A stretch of 10,287 nucleotides of DNA from a bacterium. GTDB taxonomy: Bacteria > UBA10199 > 2-02-FULL-44-16 > DYJF01. Location: the NCBI GenBank assembly GCA_041739675.1, contig JBGSNL010000073.1, positions 1 to 10,287 of the forward strand, written 5' to 3'. Positions 7,501 to 10,287 of the stretch are shown one piece after another (positions within the stretch are counted from its first letter, which is position 1; every line of letters starts with the position of its first letter). The notes under the pieces are model-generated. The model was given only the letters and a program-made list of their open reading frames with translations. It did no database searches and was not told the origin of the DNA. A program made the position numbers and the translations under genes.

Positions 7501-7873
7501 CGTAGTCACTGTCCGCCCGCTCGCGGACAGATCGAGGCTCGTGATCTCGCCAGTCGCGGGATCGAACTCGACCACGATACCGCCGGTCGCTTTGATATCC
7601 GCGCTCAGGGAAAAGCTCCAGTACGCGATCAACATCTATTCCTCGAAGGAAGAGGCGATAAAAATCCCGGTGCCGAAAAGTTTTTCTTTTGAGGAATATC
7701 AAACGAACGATCTCGTGAAACTTCTGGGTCTCAAGAGCCTGACATTCGGGCCGACAGGCCTGGCGCTGACGTTTGACGGCGATGCCGACGTGATATCGCT
7801 CGCTATAAGCACTGCGGTCACGCAATTTTTCCACAGGGGAGGCGTTGCGGTTGAAGACACGCTTCCGCACTAG
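4574..7873 (+). CDS. Secreted ~1099-aa protein: three Ig-like domains plus a putative BPI/LBP/CETP-like (TULIP) two-domain region
   Basis: Long ORF from the track, with the start moved from 4457 to 4574. MKRLYFIILFAACLFAAPVAHA/GPP is a typical Sec signal with an A-x-A site, and AGGTGG lies at 4561..4566. Ig-like motifs span ~4904..5862 (VIIKGTI...GFYAAKVSLDELGPYTVAISAT; GKFVVGVPAGTGSNELTVTA; DGTFRMDLAPQAGINVVTI). BPI-like motifs span ~5921..7830 (SAVQLALPKKTFTDL; DIFLALAVDALNRLLFSL...GIFDLDI; PMLIRIRGNRALPPHISI; IKIPVP; DVISLAIST). The CDS call is firm; the fold call is by eye. Confidence 0.85.
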   Translation: MKRLYFIILFAACLFAAPVAHAGPPASPASVLAWRAGIYNDVKSAVVRSMGSLGNWWMSKSVDSPPVSDDPAEDGADVPAEETEPTVTTPAGMCQVAQQPPVIVCEEGSGFLCVNTPEAGVSGNQVIIKGTIDRTGSIPASISVSVQHEYTKKTSNIDTTNPETSDCWNSALSSRSFCLDEKGFYAAKVSLDELGPYTVAISATRLVGSSVTQTVRTSRVKALEMKDDQVSFDPDVRTVAAVEGSHVSVTVSLLGDCQHCDFIGASTSGVIVTVENLMTDSKGNTSRIGCITNVEQGGQGKFVVGVPAGTGSNELTVTACNAATEGSCPSVGNIKFTGSGGIGEIEILSPPPRPSYSKSDYQKIPFQFKINGMEAGACVDVTFNRQPPLEICQSADGTFRMDLAPQAGINVVTIDDDEKGVHIPWAFGWGTIDSPFGNGSEVKDGLTSASAVQLALPKKTFTDLMGPFISNILISDELAGFISKIGQDSSAEETSANDTQDVEIPKCDSGSTGSLEISNIREPKIEKARIEGISFESNAMRASVNADNVEVKLDLVASGNKIPLKISFRKVVADLMLKAEGDGLILLTSPHTDCDFKSERYCKGTPAVLIPQNFLGNATQFAGIVKCDTAGADVSEEVRDFCGAFNSLNAQTGLMNEKVLDAINSAIYCGGSKALTGLSLNGIRQKIDISLGDAFGSFSLPVGATLGGIKIDEKGMRLILGLIAGDRKLFSDMPAELKIPSVGVVYDKAARFSNSWDGGDADIFLALAVDALNRLLFSLTAPEKGIFDLDISEVFFKRAGFDFVATCDAFIESGGSSAESYSPLCNIRPRVSELLGTPLTKYGYFGAKHPMLIRIRGNRALPPHISIVNEDEIPVVTLSEESASSGSGDLGGNLLDVQIGGFVMSFYALEVDGAVSPDEYGNLPVKLDSDGNPVIHSMRPEDTDPSHGQIASFELTLLLAVEIGSFETDPEDPSQFVVTVRPLADRSRLVISPVAGSNSTTIPPVALISALREKLQYAINIYSSKEEAIKIPVPKSFSFEEYQTNDLVKLLGLKSLTFGPTGLALTFDGDADVISLAISTAVTQFFHRGGVAVEDTLPH

Positions 7874-10287
7874 AAGCGCAAGATGAGTTCCAGAACCTCG
7901 TTCTCGCCCACCTTCACGTTGATCCACTTTTTCAAGAGAACGCTCTGCACGGGATCCACGTATCCAGCCTCAAGGTAGTAGTTGCCCGGGGCGATATCGA
8001 ATATCTGCCAGTCGTCGCCCGTGTCGCCGTTGATGAGCTCCGTATCCGCTCCGTACTGATAGACCTTGAAGTGGACCGGTATGATCTTGTTGTTGGGGCC
8101 GCGCCCGATGATCTTGAGCTTTCCGGCCGTGAATATGGCTTCCTGGCTCACCATCTTTCCGTCCTCAACTACGATATCCTTGATCGTAATGTAGGGTTTC
8201 GGATCCTCTTCGGCGGACATGTTCTCCGCCTTGGCGTCGTAGTGTCCCGGCGCGATCTCGAAGGTGAGCCAGTCCGCGGAAGTCGGCGCCGATGCGACCG
8301 GTTCGTCCGTTCCGCCGCCGAAAATCGTAAACTTCGTCTCGAGCGGCTGCTCCTTCGCGTTTCTGCCGCGCAACCTCACCGTGCCGAACACAAACTTGGC
8401 GACCCTTTCCACCGGCGTCGTTGCGGTCACCTCAACTCCCGAAATCAAAACAGAGGGTTTCGGTTCGATCACCTGTTTCGTGCTTGAAGCCACGATGTCG
8501 TAAATGCCCGGCGGGACCGGAACCGACACCGGCGTCTTTGCGTCGGGCATCTGATATTTTCCCAGCTCCTCGTTCGTTTTCTGATCGCGGATGACGAATT
8601 CGGCCTGCACAAGATTTCCCTGCCCGTCGACCGCGGACAATTTCACGACGCCCATTTCGAACGTGGCCGTGATATCTGTTGTCTGTGCCGCGCTCACTAT
8701 CGCGCCGGCGACCTTCGTGCGCGGGTTCGCGCTCATTGCCGGATCCTGGCCGATAAAGAGAATGTCGTATGGCCCGGGGGCCAGGGAGACCGTGCCGCCG
8801 CTCGCATCCGCCGCGCCGGAGGCCACCAGCTGATCGGCATGCTCCGCCTTGAATATCTGGAAGAGGATGGGGATGACCACATTCTGCGTCGTCTGCCCCT
8901 TAAGTGCCAACTCTCCCTTCTGGAAGCGGAACGTCTTTTCAACCGCCTCGCCGGGTTTCACTTCTATGACCGATTCGGTGAGCGTGATTTTTTCAGGGGT
9001 CATCTCTTTTTGCTCGGCCACGATGTCGTAGGTCCCCGGCGTCAAAAAGAAAGAGATCGCCTCCGCTTTGCCGTCGATCTGCGCAATCATGCCGCCGTCT
9101 TTCATCACCTGATAAGTCGCGGGGACTAGCTTTCCCGAAGTGTCGATGGATGAAACGGTCATCGAGCCCAGATCGAAGTTCAGCTCCTGCTCGACCTTCG
9201 TCTTTTCCAGAACCTCCACGCCGCTTATGATCTTCTGCGGTTTTTTGAGTTCGGGAGAGCCGGTGTATTCCACTAGCACGTCATATGAACCGGGGGGAAG
9301 CCTCAAAGATTTCGTCCCGAAACTCATCTCCGTTTTGACGGTCTGATTTGTGCCCCCCTTGAGAATCGTGATGGTCGTGGGTATGGGGGTGGCGCCGGCG
9401 ACGGTCGTGATCCTCAGATTGTAGGGGATGGTGGAGCTCACTGCCTCATCCAGCCATCTTCGGAGCTCCAGCTCGTTTCTCGCGAGATAGAACCTGCCCT
9501 CCGAATTCGCCGCGATGCATGAAACTTTTTGCTCGTCGTCCTGGCTCAAGTCGAAGCCGATGACGTGGATTATGGTTCTGGGGTTCGCAAGATGGATCGC
9601 CTTTGCCGTCTTGCAAGGGTCTACGCCGCACGTGTCGGTCCCGTCCGCGATGAGAACGATCACCTGATCCACATTCTGGCCGGGCGGAAAATCTTTCGAT
9701 GCGGCGTCAAGCGCCACAGCTATCGGGCTTTCCCCCTGTGCTTTGAGCGGAGCCAGGACTTTGACAATCTCATCCAGGTTGGGAGTGCCGACGGGGTAGA
9801 CCTGCACGGTGTCGTTACAGTCGTGGGCATCGACCGGTTTCCCAGAACCGAAGGCGCGGATTCCTATGTTCCTCGGGAACTCGGTCTGCTTGAGCTGCAA
9901 GACGACATCGGCCAGGGCGCTTTTTTGGATATCGAACTTCGATTCCTTCCCGCCGAAGGCGACGCCCTGACTGCCCGAGGCATCGAGCAGCACATCTATA
10001 TTAGTCTGTGCGCTCACCATAGAGGGCACAAATGGAACAGGTTGCGCCAGAGGGGCGCCCGCGGCCGGCGGCTGTGAAACTGGCGCCGGGAGACCGGACG
10101 GCGGTAAAGCAGGTGCCGGTATACCGGGCGCGGCGGCTACAGGCGGAAGAACCGGTATCGGCGACGTGGCTGCCGGCAGAGAAGGCACTGTCGGAGACGG
10201 CGCCGGCTGGACAGGCGGAATTACTGCGGGTGCGGGTTGCGCGGGCGACGGCAAAGCGGCCTCCGGAGGAGGCGGCGTCATCGTCAG
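7870..10287 (-). CDS. von Willebrand factor A (YwmD-type) domain protein with an N-terminal Pro/Ala-rich linker and six C-terminal beta-sandwich repeats; 5'-truncated
   Basis: The frame is open to the right edge (CTG ACG precede ATG 10281), so the true start is probably outside the window. vWA signatures at ~9440..10005: NIDVLLDASGS (MIDAS DxSxS, 9984..9970), NIGIRAFG, DCNDT, GESPIAVAL, VIVLIADGTDTCGVDPC, IIHVIGFDL, SCIAANSEGRFYLA. Confidence 0.9.
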   Translation of the reverse strand: MTMTPPPPEAALPSPAQPAPAVIPPVQPAPSPTVPSLPAATSPIPVLPPVAAAPGIPAPALPPSGLPAPVSQPPAAGAPLAQPVPFVPSMVSAQTNIDVLLDASGSQGVAFGGKESKFDIQKSALADVVLQLKQTEFPRNIGIRAFGSGKPVDAHDCNDTVQVYPVGTPNLDEIVKVLAPLKAQGESPIAVALDAASKDFPPGQNVDQVIVLIADGTDTCGVDPCKTAKAIHLANPRTIIHVIGFDLSQDDEQKVSCIAANSEGRFYLARNELELRRWLDEAVSSTIPYNLRITTVAGATPIPTTITILKGGTNQTVKTEMSFGTKSLRLPPGSYDVLVEYTGSPELKKPQKIISGVEVLEKTKVEQELNFDLGSMTVSSIDTSGKLVPATYQVMKDGGMIAQIDGKAEAISFFLTPGTYDIVAEQKEMTPEKITLTESVIEVKPGEAVEKTFRFQKGELALKGQTTQNVVIPILFQIFKAEHADQLVASGAADASGGTVSLAPGPYDILFIGQDPAMSANPRTKVAGAIVSAAQTTDITATFEMGVVKLSAVDGQGNLVQAEFVIRDQKTNEELGKYQMPDAKTPVSVPVPPGIYDIVASSTKQVIEPKPSVLISGVEVTATTPVERVAKFVFGTVRLRGRNAKEQPLETKFTIFGGGTDEPVASAPTSADWLTFEIAPGHYDAKAENMSAEEDPKPYITIKDIVVEDGKMVSQEAIFTAGKLKIIGRGPNNKIIPVHFKVYQYGADTELINGDTGDDWQIFDIAPGNYYLEAGYVDPVQSVLLKKWINVKVGENEVLELILRF
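7873..9420 (-). repeat. Six diverged protein-level repeats (85-89 aa), carboxypeptidase-regulatory/prealbumin-like beta sandwich, inside the vWA gene
   Basis: PGxY(D/Y) cores lie at 9294..9280, 9039..9025, 8778..8764, 8511..8497, 8250..8236 and 7989..7975, spaced 85, 87, 89, 87 and 87 codons. Each unit ends in a V-E/I/K-V/S...F strand pair, and units 2-6 start with G-x-hydrophobic-x-hydrophobic. Confidence 0.85.
10025..10287 (-). repeat. Low-complexity Pro/Ala-rich coding segment (disordered linker)
   Basis: The translation TPPPPEAALPSPAQPAPAVIPPVQPAPSPTVPSLPAATSPIPVLPPVAAAPGIPAPALPP... directly precedes the vWA domain. Confidence 0.8.

Noticed and set aside
4585..10077. Short ORFs nested in the TULIP-like and vWA genes
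   Set aside because: They are alternative-frame or antisense shadows without independent support.
1..10287. CRISPR array, tRNA/rRNA, transposase, phage or defence genes
   Set aside because: I saw no spaced DNA direct repeats, RNA gene signatures or matching catalytic motifs. The only sizeable non-coding stretch is the 201-bp promoter region.

Overview
A GC-rich bacterial window, almost fully coding, with four long genes for probable cell-envelope or exported proteins. I saw no RNA genes, mobile elements or CRISPR arrays. From left to right: (1) a minus-strand CDS absent from the ORF track, starting at 651 and running off the left edge (217+ aa, beta-strand-like); (2) a ~1239-aa predicted lipoprotein (653..4372, -) with about three ASH/choice-of-anchor-D Ig-like domains, flanked by two copies of an unnamed beta domain; (3) a divergent ~1099-aa secreted protein (4574..7873, +) with three Ig-like domains and a C-terminal half resembling the BPI/LBP/CETP (TULIP) lipid-binding fold; (4) a convergent, 5'-truncated vWA (YwmD-type) protein with a Pro-rich linker and six ~87-aa repeats (7870..>10287, -). 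The 201-bp divergent spacer holds two back-to-back copies of one promoter-like motif, GCAACTTT-N11-G(C/A)CGA(T/A)AA. It has sigma28-type spacing and -10 but a non-canonical -35, and a CGTCAA-N4-TTGACG palindrome lies between the copies. My best hypothesis (inference) is a co-regulated surface adhesion/lipid-capture locus. All domain calls are by-eye motif recognition; no searches were run.
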